The translations under genes were made by a program, and so were the position numbers. This document shows positions 13,597-24,800 of a stretch of DNA of 64,000 nucleotides, piece after piece. A model generated the notes under the pieces. It saw only the letters and a list, made by a program, of their open reading frames with translations. It made no database searches and was not told the origin of the DNA. Position 1 is the stretch's first letter. The number at the start of each line of letters is the position of its first letter. The stretch is from Carcharhinus amblyrhynchos (lineage: Eukaryota): positions 45,384,001-45,448,000 of the forward strand of contig OZ336889.1 in assembly GCA_965287045.1 (NCBI GenBank). The letters are read 5' to 3'.

Positions 13597-14109
13597 ATGC
13601 GCCCCTATTGCTTTTTCACGGATATTTGGCCAACATTTGCTCTCATTTGGGAAGCACGTTATTTACAGAGAATTGAGTGTCAGGGCCCAGGAATAGGAAA
13701 GATCGTGTGTTGCGCATAATCAATGAAACTGAATCAATCTGGGTAGAGTTCATGCATTGCTCGAAGTGGAGTCTGTTCCTTATCGGCGCACTGGAAAATT
13801 CGAAGCAGTTGGTTCCATGATGTAATTGAAATGAACACATTCCTTTATTTAGAGACCATTCAGGAGTATGAGGCTATCATGGATTTCTTTCCCCTGATTC
13901 TTCCACGGAAAAAAAACATGTTTTTGGACGCTTCCTCTCTCACAATTCCGTACCATCCCTCAAACTTATCATTTGCAATCATGGAGCAGTAGTACATACA
14001 GAAGGAGGCGGCTCAGCCGATCAAGACTGAATGGCGCTTTGGAAGGGAGATCCGTGAAATCCCACTCAACTCATCTTTCCCCTGACAATTCTCCTCCTGA
14101 CAATTCTCC

Positions 14110-14310
14110 TCATTACAATTCCATGGCGCCCTTCACGGTATCAGGATGTCCTGAGGCTCTTCACAGTCAATGGAATAGTTTTGAAGTGTAGTCACTGTTG
14201 TGCTATAGGGATCACGGCCGAAAATTTGTGCGCATCAAACTTCCGCAAGCAGAAAGGTCATCAAAGCATAATCATTTCCAGTGATGTTCATTGAACGGAA
14301 AATTGTTTTT
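14110..14310 (-). mobile_element. DeuSINE fragment (copies at ~35780-35980 and ~58311-58511)
   Basis: ttttgaagtgtagtcactgttgt..aatttgtgcgca matches the reverse complement of the Deu domain. Confidence 0.65.
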
Positions 14311-17300
14311 GAATACTTTCATGGTTGATTTCATGGATTTATTTTCTTTAATGCAATGATATGGACCACGGAGGGGCAAGAAAATATTAGATTCGAGAGG
14401 CATCTGTACCGACACAGACTTGATGGGCCGAAGGGTCTGTTCCTGCGCCATATTGTTCTTTCAATAAAAAATCACATCTACATGAGATACAAAAGGGAGA
14501 CACGGTTTCATGTCTCTTCTGAAGAATGTCATAGTCAATAGAATGGCATGATTAAAGAATGCAATTCTGTCGAAATGCTGTAAATCAGGTCCAGTGGGCA
14601 GGAAACAATGTACCAGGTTTAATTTTCTTTGTCCAATGCCTATGGAATTCATCAACCTAATTGCTAAATGGCTGTACCGTCATTAGTAGAACCTAGACAG
14701 AGTTCTTCAGCTGGCACAGGAGATAGGGCAGGTTTGCAGGTTTCAGAACCGTGTTTGGTCAAAGGGCGCATTGGCTAACAGGCTGTGCAATTGAATGTGG
14801 ATATCTGTGATGAAGCCAAAATCAGCAGTCACACGCTCAAGCAAAGGATGGATTGAAAACCTGCATTGTTTCTGCTAAAGTCTTGTTCTGACAGTTTTTA
14901 AGCTGGCTTTAGCAAACTTCTTCATCTTGTGATTGATCAACGTGGGCCAAACCGAATAAAAATTAAATTACTTCCTATTCCCTTTGTCGGTAATCAACAC
15001 CAGAAAACACTTAACAACCTGGACAAAAGGACATAAAAAAGAGGAGCAGAAAGATGACCTTTTGCCCTTCAAATGTATTGCGCCATTCAGCAAGGTCATG
15101 AACAGATCACCTACCTCAAGACCACCTTCCTGCGCTATCCCCAAATTCGATAATTGGCTTAATAACCCAAAATAAATTTCCGGTTTGAATAAACACAGTG
15201 ACTGCGATTCCACAGCACTCTGCGTAGAAAATTGAAATAATATAAATATGTTGCACATTGTGGGGGTGCAAGTCTTGATCCTGTCCAAACACTGCTCTCT
15301 AAACGCAGCCAACGCGATAATGACCAATTTGTTCCTGTTTCCTGTTTTCTGTCCATTCACCAATTTAAATTCAGGTTCATACATTGCACCCAATCCCACG
15401 TGTCCGAACGCTATCTATGAAACGTGTGTGGTGGTACCTGATCTATAATTTTTCGTAAAAATAGGAATAAACTCGCTGATTTCACCTCATTCTTCTTTCC
15501 AGTAACATCCTCAAAAAACGGACTTTCTAAGTGCCCTGTCATAACGCCTTCAATAACGAGGTTCGAGATTTTTGCCTGCCCCTGATTCCAGCTCGTTGTC
15601 TTCTGATTCCCCAATTTATTTATTTACCCCTTTCGTAAATATCGGGATTGACTTTGCGAGCTTCCAACCTTCGAGAACTGTTGCAGAATCAGGGGATTCC
15701 GGAAGTTTGACTTCAATATCTTCATGCAGTAACCTCGTTTAAACTATATGATGTGGGCCCTCAGTCCTATGGGATTTGTCACGACTTATTCTCATTATTT
15801 TCACACATTTACTAGTTCTTGTCTTCTACTGATTTATTTAACTTCTTCGTTCTTGCTGAACCATTAATTTCTGATTATCTTTGGATTGTTTCTCCTTCGC
15901 AATTCCTTAAGATTTCACCAGTTTTTGCCGCTAACCTTCGCAAGTTTATATCTATGGATCACTTTTTATCTCTATATGTTTAGACGAAGTTACAAGTTGT
16001 ATTTAGGACTCATGCCAGTCAAATCTTTGCTCTGACCGCATGAATTTCTTGGTTCTCCTTTGTCGAACTCTGAAAACCCCAAAACTCATATGTTACAACT
16101 CTTTTGAATATACAGTATATGGAAATAGGATTACAATAGGCTGGTGCATGATGGTCGGTGCAGTCACGACGGGCCAAAGGGCTTCTTTCTGTGCTGTTAA
16201 GTGCTATGACTTTGAATATTTCACATGACTCTATAACAGTGGTGAAATTTGTTTCCGGATAACTTTACATCTTGTTTACTGACATCTTTACTAATCCCTA
16301 TGGAGTATTAGATTTGGCAAATTTTCTTCATCAGTAAGAGACAGGTAAATACGTATTGCATTTGATCTTAGGTCAGTTCATTTATTCATCAGTTTTATTT
16401 GGAGATTCTAACACTGGTCCAAAACTGAAGCTACAATGACCATATTGCTTTGATTGATTTGATTTGCTGCATTTTAATTAATATTATCTGATGCACAAAG
16501 GTAATTCATAAAGAGCCTTTCACTGTTACAGCAATCGTATTTCACCAGACTCTGTAACAGCGGTGGCTCTTCTTTCCAGAAAACTTTAATGTGTAAATCA
16601 GCACGGAAATAGAGTGAAGCCAGATGCAAGGAGCTTTAAACACTGTAAGGGGTAACAAAAAGGTTTCTGAGATTTGATGAAAGAGTGTGTACCTGGAACC
16701 CTTAATGGGGTGTAAGATTTTTGAACCAGTAGACATTAAGGCACTGACAGAACCAGCAGCATTCAGTTAAATAACTGTTAAGATAAGTTTATCGGTTAAC
16801 AAGAAGCAATTTACACATATGAGATGCAGTCGCTGATTCAAATGAATGATTATGATTATAAAACACATGTGCTGATATTTTGGATGTATTGTTATTGCTT
16901 TCAAGGAATACTGTTCATTTTAGTCAAACATCATTTTACCGCAAGGCATCATGATAAAAGTCATTGCCACAAGCCAAATGTCGAGAGAATCTTAGGCCTC
17001 GAAAATATGCAAGTTCCATCAGTAAAGTTTTGTATGGAAGGAACATATGGAACACCCAATCACATATCATGAGCAGGTTTATTCATTGTCCGGACGAGGT
17101 AGACTGGTGTCCAGATGGGGTGAGGAGTTAGTTGGGTGTACAGTGAACGTTAAGGGAACTCGTGAGAGCGTTCATTTGAACTCTGGACTAAATGTCTTAG
17201 GTTACTTAAGCAACCAGGATGCAAACTCAGTCCAGTCGGAATTACCTTCCAGATTTCTCGGACTAATTAAATACCATTATGCTGAGGGGTAGAATGTAGT

Positions 17301-17763
17301 TGGGTATCTGACGTGTATTACTGTTGATTTGTGCATCTGGAAAATAATTGATTCAAAGTTACTGAAAGGCGCAAATGATTCATAAGTGAAAAAACTAAGA
17401 TTGATTTGTTTTTGATTGCATATGTTAGATTCATCGGAGAGGTTTTGCTGCGCTAAGTCAGAACTACTTAACTCTTTGACGAACTCCTGGAGACTTTTGC
17501 TTTAAATAAAGTTACGTCTTTAATACAGAGATACTGGCTTCGTGAGTCTTGCATGGTCTAAAGCTCGGGCAATACCGGTCATCTCGGTGACGCCATCAAC
17601 AGGGAGTACGAGCAATAGCTTAGATTCCAGAGATGAAAATAAAAGGTTTTCAATATAACATGTTACGGAAGGCGGAATAATACCGAAAAAGTATTAGATT
17701 TGACTGACCTTGAAAATAGCAATAAAGGATACGGTGAGTCGTATTGCATTTGATCTTAATTAT

Positions 17764-17769
17764 TTTATT
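17764..17769 (-). terminator. polyadenylation signal AATAAA, cluster 1
   Basis: tttatt on the plus strand ~310 nt after the C stop codon; conserved in all three units. Confidence 0.65.
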
Positions 17770-18076
17770 GAACAGTTTTATCTAAATGTCTGAGAGTAAG
17801 TAGACTCTTAAATTGCAATAACCGAATTGTTGCAGTTTAATTATGATTATCGGATACATAAATGTAAATTGATAAACAACGAGGATTCACTGAACACGGC
17901 AATGTTCCGACTGAAGACCCTTTTAAAAGAGCAACTGTTAAAACCCGAAGCTCCAGCCGCGGTGGCCATTTTCTTAAATTTCTGAAATACGATCAATTTC
18001 TACTCTTTTTGTCACATGAAAGAGATGAACCGAAATGAACAAACATTCGCAGCTGGGCCGACAGCAGTTTCTGAAT

Positions 18077-18399
18077 TTACATACAGCTGGATCTGGAGAT
18101 GCTTGTTTGAAGCGGGTTTGCTTGAGTCTCGTGTTTAACCACACAGGAGTAAAGCTCGTGTGACTTCCAGTCTAAGGCTGACAGAGTCAGATAACTGCTC
18201 ACACTGAACGTGTTGTCCGCCTCCTGCTGGACCCGACTGGTCTCAACCCCATTCCGTCTGACGATGCCATCGACAGTCCATTCAATCTCCGCAGCTCCCG
18301 GTTTAAAACCGCTCACCAAACACACCAGGGTTGCCGTGTTCTTCGCTGTGATTTGATCCGATGAAGGTGGGAGGAGGGAGACAGATGGTTTCTGCGGAC
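18077..18399 (-). CDS. IGLC: IgL cluster 1 constant exon (lambda/type II-like)
   Basis: C1-set domain PSVSLLPPSS..ATLVCLVSGF..W..FSVSSYLTL..YSCVVKH..SRSSCM*; penultimate Cys for the H-L disulfide; acceptor AG at 18401-18400, phase matches the VJ exon (A+GT=Ser). Confidence 0.95.
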
Positions 18400-20183
18400 C
18401 TGGTTTAAAAATAAAATAGGTTGAGTAGTGTTGGAGGATTGATTTGGTTGACGCATTATGATTTTCCAAAAAAAATCTAAATCCTGTCATTCATTAAATA
18501 CAATAAATAGATCCCTTTACTTTGTGTGTTCATCCGAGGAACGGTGAAGGAGGGAGATCGATGGGACATTTGGATCTAAAAAGCGAAGTTCACTTTTAAT
18601 GACTGACTGGGGTTGAACTGGAGTTGACTCTGTTCAATTTTATAGACAACAATTCAATACATGCGCATTATATTTCGCAATGTGTCTCAGAATACCATTA
18701 ATGACATCTTGGCTCATAATACATTGTTGAAAATAACCCTGTTATTTTCAGCTGCCGTGTTTCCACATTGAGAATCTGCGTTGCCAGTTAAAATAAGAAA
18801 TAGTATTAGAAAAGCTGAACATAGATTAAATTTGCTCCATTGTGTTCCGATGGGAAGAAATGTTGATCAGTTTTACCTTCATGTTTTTACTGATGAAATT
18901 TGATGTTATAATCCTGAGCAGTGTAGTTACAGTTTCTCGGGCAGTTTCTCCCTGCGAGGTTCTCCCCTCTCGGCTCAGACGGTTTCAACTCCACACGGGA
19001 AGCTGACCGCGCTATCTGGACAGCAGTCCAGCGACGGGAAAGTGGCTCAGGCCGTAGTTACAGCTTTTGGATTAGAATTAAACCAAGATCCTCGATTGTT
19101 GGACCTAACTCACTAAGTGTTACAGTTTTGGAGGAAGTGCCGTCAGGCTATCGTCATTGTGCGAAATCAGATTAACCAGTGATCGGTCTCACTACCGTCT
19201 ACGGGGAAAAAGTGGCCGCGGAGATCATGTTGCGGATCTCATTAACAAAAATATTACGGCAAACACTCTGATATGTTTCGGATACAAGCCACGAAATAAA
19301 CGCAACTACTTGTTAGTACGGGCTGTGTCCTTAAATGTGCGTCTTTTGTTTGAGAGGACGATGGAAGTCTTGACTTTGTGCAACAGTGTAACAATGGTGA
19401 TCTCTGGACAGATAGGTTTACATTGAGGTTGACAGAAGTAGGAGTCGGGGAAATGTAAAATCTTTTGTCGACTCAGCATCCACCGTGTTACACTTTGGGC
19501 CGAGTTGCAATCCGCTCTCATACTGCTGGTATGGAGGCGCTATATTGATGCAACTTTCTGAGCGAGATTTAGAGCTAAGAGACAGTCTTATCTTCTTATA
19601 GTGGACGAGTTTAACTGCATAATTAGTGGAAGAGGTCAGTGTTAAATATGATGAACAGCATTACTATGGTGGAATTGTTGTACTGGGTCACATTCTGCCT
19701 TCTCTGATTACGTGTCTCTGCCTCGAAATAAGCAACAAACTCAGATCAGATTTCAACAGCGGAAGTGATTGGAGATTCCTGTGGGGCGCATGCTCAATAC
19801 ACAGGGCAATCTGGCAATGTGAATATTGGAACTCAATGATAAAATTTAATAATGTCACTGATTACATGTTCACACAATGTTAGTTTTAAAAAGACTGCGC
19901 TGTCGTGAAACTTGGTCAGGTTTCATTCATTACAGAGAAAACCAGGCAGTGATTCGCTATTTTACCTACACCCCAGCATACGCTTCAGCGGAGAAGTACA
20001 CAGGCCTAACTTACAGTGGCCGTGTGCATTCAAAGCTTTGTAATTAAACAAAGTCCGATAGAAAGTGTTTCCTCATGAGCGGCCAATCATCCTGCACTGT
20101 CCGTTCAAATCAACACTCCGGATTGAACGTCACTTCAACTCAAATCCGGGATATTCAATGTAGCAATAATTCCGTCTGAAAAT

Positions 20184-20452
20184 GGGCGGCACCATGGCAC
20201 AGTGGTTTGCATGACTGCTTCACAGCGTCAAGCAACCGGGTTCGATTCCCGCCTAGGGTCACTGCCTGTGAGGAGTTTGCATGTTTTTCCCTGTGTCTAC
20301 ATGGGTTTTCTCCGGGTGCTCCGGTTTCCTTCCACTCGGAAAGGCTTGCTGGTTGCGTGCATTAATCCCATCAGGCGCCGAAGTGTGGCGACTTGGGGAA
20401 TTTCACAGCAACTTCATTGCAGTGTAAACTTGTGACGAATTAATAAACTTTA
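20184..20452 (+). mobile_element. HE1-like V-SINE in the cluster 1 J-C intron
   Basis: A and B boxes, V domain, same tail as the 7020 copy. Confidence 0.85.
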
Positions 20453-21044
20453 AAAGTTAGCGGGAGATCCTAATGCAGAGCGTTGCAGTCTGTTTGATTT
20501 ATCATCCATTTTTTCCCTTCCTGTTTCTCTTGCTATATTTGATGGGCTATTTATAGGGCTATTTCTACGCGAGGTCCATCAGTTTAAGTAACTGGCGCAA
20601 GTGCTCATTATTTACTTGTGTCAACAGGCACTGTGATTTGGTAAGGTCTTTAAGGAACGGGATTTTAAAGCGTTGAGACGTTTATTGGTATTACCGGGGG
20701 TCTACATGTTGCCTTTCTCTGCAAGGTCATTTGATGGCACATGAGGATTAAAGCGCTTTGTTCATCCCACTGATCTGATGCTTCAGGAATTTTGCGGCTT
20801 GTTGTCATTCTGCCTGAACTAAAACAACTAAATGCAGACTGACAGACAGATCAGAAAACATTATCGAATTGGAAGGTGACAAATATTAACGTTATTTGCA
20901 CGGTCGCCTTGTACAGATTAAATTGAATTCATGGTTGTGTTGTTAAAAGAACATTTCAAAATATTCAAAATAAAGAATCAGGGAATGTTTTGTTATTAAC
21001 CAGAAGCGAGTTTTGAACAATGGAACAGAAGGGAATTTACTCAC

Positions 21045-21392
21045 TGCCACCGCCCAGCTTGGTTCCGCTGCCGAAGTAGTACAAGTTGTTTTTCCACATA
21101 GCACAGTAATACTCTGCGGTGTCCTCCGATTCAACTTGACCGATACTTAAAGTTCCCGTGTTACCGGATACCGAACCTGAAAATCGGTCTGGAACTCCCG
21201 GGGCTCTGTTAGTGCCGCTTCCAGCATAGTGATAAAGCAGGTACCGGGGGGCATTTTCAGATTTCTGCTGGTACCAATATATGTTAGCTCTTCCTAAACT
21301 GGCGCCAGACAAGGTACAACTTATTTGGACGGTTCCTCCGAGAGAAGTAGATTTCGAAGGCGGTTGACTAACAGTAATCGCCGCGTTAGAAA
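21045..21392 (-). CDS. IGLV: IgL cluster 1 germline-joined VJ exon
   Basis: Ig V-set motifs ISC, WYQQK, GVPDRFSGS, EDTAEYYC run without a break into J motif FGSGTKL; acceptor tctttcag at 21393; phase-1 donor GTGAGT at 21044; no RSS between V and J. Confidence 0.95.
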
Positions 21393-21527
21393 CTGAAAGA
21401 AAAGAAATTCCAAATATTAATGTTAAGCTACTCAAATTAATTACAGAAAAAAGACGACTTTAGAAAAATCACCGAAGTAGTCCTCGGAAACGCGCATTTA
21501 CATCGACCGGACGTTTTAAATACTCAC

Positions 21528-21576
21528 ATGCCAGGCCAAAAATGAACACAATGATCGCATGGACCCAGTCAGTCAT
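21528..21576 (-). CDS. IgL cluster 1 leader (signal peptide) exon, MTDWVHAIIVFIFGLA + 1 nt
   Basis: ATG at 21576-21574, 16 mostly hydrophobic codons, phase-1 GTGAGT donor at 21527, 135-nt intron to the AG acceptor at 21393; splices in frame to give ...GLAF-SNA|AITVSQPP. Confidence 0.92.
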
Positions 21577-21651
21577 TGTGAAAAGTTTGCCGAGGTACCG
21601 AGTTCTGCCAGTTATTTGACAAGATGGGCTAACTGTCTGAATCTCTCTCTC

Positions 21652-21733
21652 TTTTAATAACCCCTGTCACCAAGAAGGTGTTCCCTTGTGTTGGAATGCA
21701 AATTAGTCTTTTCGTCTCAACCAATCAGATTGG
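21652..21733 (-). promoter_or_regulatory. IgL cluster 1 promoter: octamer ATTTGCAT (21696-21703), TATA-like TTATTAAAA (21652-21660), CCAAT pair (21721-21733)
   Basis: Perfect octamer in light-chain orientation ~120 bp upstream of the ATG; conserved in cluster 2. Confidence 0.8.
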
Positions 21734-21926
21734 CTCCTAAAACCTGTGACGGTGACTGTAATCTGCCGATTTTTGGCCATTGTTATTGCTGTTAACTTTT
21801 CTGTCCCAGGGCTAAAACTTTATTTACTTTCAATAATTAAGCTTGACTAAAGCTGCAAAGCATTTCTAAAGTTTGTTTCATGAAAGGGCATCGACATGAA
21901 GCGTAAACTCTTTCCTTCTCCACAAA

Positions 21927-22048
21927 TGTGGAGATGCCGCTGTTGGACTGGGGTGAGCAAAGTAAGAAGTCTCACAACACCAGGTTAAAGTCAAACAGGT
22001 TTATTTGGCATCACCAGCTTTCGGAGCGCTGCTCCTTCATCAGGTGAG
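21927..22048. mobile_element. Short interspersed repeat, probably a Penelope-like terminus (copy at 43562-43683)
   Basis: cacaacaccaggttaaagtc..aacaggtttatttgg..agctttcggagcgctgctccttcatcagg, recalled as an abundant shark repeat end. Confidence 0.5.
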
Positions 22049-22369
22049 CCGCTCTTCTCCACAGAGGCTGTGTTGAGTATTTCTCATATTTTCTTGTTTC
22101 TGTTCAGGTTTTTGAATGTATTGAACTGAACCTTCCAATGTCTTGAAAAGCTTACCATTATCATGGTTACTTCCGAATGTATTCCTGTAAATAGCGGGTC
22201 AAATACAATCTATAAATATTGCTGATCAGTGAGACTGCAGTTTAGAACAAGTACAACGAATCAGGTAGGCAAATGACAAGATTTATCTTCCTGTAAGTGG
22301 ATTGGAGTGCAGGAATAACACAATTTTGCTGTAGTTGTGTAAAACCTGGAAACGGTCGAGAAATCATCG

Positions 22370-22650
22370 AATCCCTGAATGCGGAGGAGGCCATTTCATC
22401 CATCGAAACTACGCCGACAATTCGAACCAGGCCCAGTTACCCTGCTAGTCCCGCTGATGCTAAGGGGTAATTTTGCGTGACCGATTGAGTTAAGCTGCAC
22501 ATTTTTCTACTTTGAAGGAACAGCAAACGAAAACACAAGTAGACGCAGGGAGAATGTGAAAACGTCATACTTACAGTGACCCCAGTCCGCAATTGATCCT
22601 GAGTCTCTAGCACTTTAAGGCAGCAGTGCTAACTACAATGCCACAGTGCA
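22370..22650 (-). mobile_element. Degraded V-SINE (copy at ~44000-44285)
   Basis: ggcagcagtgctaactac head and ggaggccatt tail in reverse orientation. Confidence 0.65.
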
Positions 22651-23184
22651 CACCTGAGATAAACAATTTGCTTGCACGCTTAGGAAGGATATAATTTCAT
22701 TAATTCCTCGGACACGGTGTTGCCATACGATGAGAGTCTGAGTAAGTTGGGTCACCAGTCTTTGAATTTTTAATTAGTTAAATATTAGTTCATTTTATCA
22801 TCAAATGCTCGTTGAAAAAGTGTTAGTGCTGCAAAATGACAGGAACATAGTGTTAATTTGCGATGTTTTGAAATATTTAACGTTTTGCAACTTCATTAAT
22901 TAACTTTATCGATATGTTACAATGACTACATCTACTGTAGAACAGGCACAGCAGAGCTGAATTAAGCGCAGACATTGTAGGGAAAATACAATTCTAAATT
23001 TTCAATGAATAACATAAAGATAAATAACAGCTGTACGGAACACAAACACCGTGAAAAGTAAACATAAGTTTTGCTAAAGCTTAAAAGCACAACTTAAAAG
23101 AAGAAAATACAGAAACATCATTCTCCCACCCTACAGCTGTGAGTTTTTGAAGCGGAGATGTCGAGAGAGTCAAGGTATCAGTGA

Positions 23185-23765
23185 AACATAGAAACTAGAA
23201 GCAGGAGTAGGCCATTGCGCCCTTCGAGTTTGTTCCACCATTCATTTTGACCATGGCTAATCATCCAATTCAATATCCTGTTGAATCCTGAATGGATCTC
23301 CCTTCCCCCATATCCCTGGATGCCTTTAGCCCCAAAAGCTATATCTAATATTTTAATAAAATCCGAGAACGTTTTGGCCTCAACTACATTCTGTGGTAGT
23401 GAATTCCACGCATTCACCACTCTCTGGGTGAAGAAATTTCTCCTCCCCTCAGTTCTAAATGGTTTACCCCTTATCCTCAAACTATGACCCCCTCGTTCTG
23501 AACTCCAAAACCATCGGGAACATTCATTCTGAATCTACCCTGCCTAACCCTGCTAGAATTTCGAAAGTTTTTATGAGATCGCCTCTCATTCTTCTAAACT
23601 CCAATGAATATAATCCTCACCGACTTAGTCTGTCCTCGTACGACAGACTCCTTCCCAGGAATCATCCTGCTAAACCATCGCTTTACCCCTCTATAACAAG
23701 GACGTCCTTCGTCAGATAAGGACACCAAAACTGCACACAATACTCCATGTGTACTCTCACCGTCG
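23185..23765 (-). mobile_element. CR1 LINE 3' fragment
   Basis: RNFFTQRVVNAWNSLP motif and 3' tail. Confidence 0.88.
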
Positions 23766-24429
23766 CCGTTGTAGGGAAATTGAAGTTTAATTCTCAGTTT
23801 TAGATTAGTGTGCACACAATCGAAGTGTGTCAACCCAACCTGGTGTTTTGCTGAATTCTGGGACACAAACGCATCACATGACTTGATCTTGGCATCACAG
23901 TCAAACTGGATAAGGAATAAAGGACACACGATCTTAAGGCAGTAAAGTAGAACGTCAAGGTTGAACAGTTATGTGTATGGAACTATCCACCTCCCTAGCA
24001 ATTGAAATTATCAGCTCCGTTCCTTAAATTCAAAGTCCTGCTGTCCAGGAAAAAGCAAATACTAAATCTTTCAGCCATGTTTATTGAATCAGTGCGGTTT
24101 AACTTGTGATGTTTAAGGGAAATCATTTTATTTCACACCATGCAACATCTTTGACATTGTAAGTTTAGAATTATGGGCTATATTAGCATTTGTAACTTTG
24201 TAGTTCTTTCAAATTTTAATATCTGTTAGTTGAATGTATTGTGTTATATTTAACACGTCTAATCTCGTTCAAACATTAATATGTATTTTACAAACAGTTG
24301 TGTGTAATTGCTGTAACTTTATATGTTTGGAAATTATTGAACAAACTTAATATACTTATACCAAGAGCTGAAAGGTACAACACATGCATATTATTGAGAG
24401 TTCAATGTAATTTCTGACCATGACAGCAT

Positions 24430-24800
24430 TACCTGGAATGACAGGATGGTTACTGGGTGATAAGGGATACCGACTGAGGACACGGCTTATGATAAAATTC
24501 CACAAGACGAACGTGAAGCACCGGATCGTTACAACCGTGCTCAGATAGCATCTCGTCAGATGATGGTCCGGGTAATTGGCTTACTGAAGTGACGTTGGCT
24601 GGACGGGTCAGGTGGCATGTTACAGTATGCACCAGGAAACGTGACAAAGGTTTTTCTCGCGTGTTCTCGATTGCAAAACTATGCCCTCCAGCATAGAGCG
24701 GGCATTCACCGCGAAGATGACTTGCCTACGGAAATGGGGAAGCTGGACGAGGTCAACATGGAGCCTGATGGAGAGGCCGAGCTCCAGGTGACAATGGCAG
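24430..24800 (+). mobile_element. PIF/Harbinger transposase remnant (HARBI1-like DDE C-terminal part), disrupted
   Basis: Translation across a frameshift: GWLLGDKGYRLRTRLM..DRYNRAQIASRQMMVRVIGLLK*RWLDGSGGMLQYAPGNVTKVFLACSRLQNYA. Confidence 0.8.

Noticed and set aside
18400-18490. N-terminal extensions of the C ORFs (MTGFRFF..) and V ORFs (MSSLTLIF..) in the ORF track
   Set aside because: Intronic read-through upstream of the real splice acceptors; a proper leader exon exists.
20608-20635. CACAGTG heptamer (minus strand) in the J-C intron as a possible RSS
   Set aside because: The 12-spaced nonamer position reads AGTAAATAA, a poor match to ACAAAAACC; other heptamers noticed lie mostly in SINE heads.
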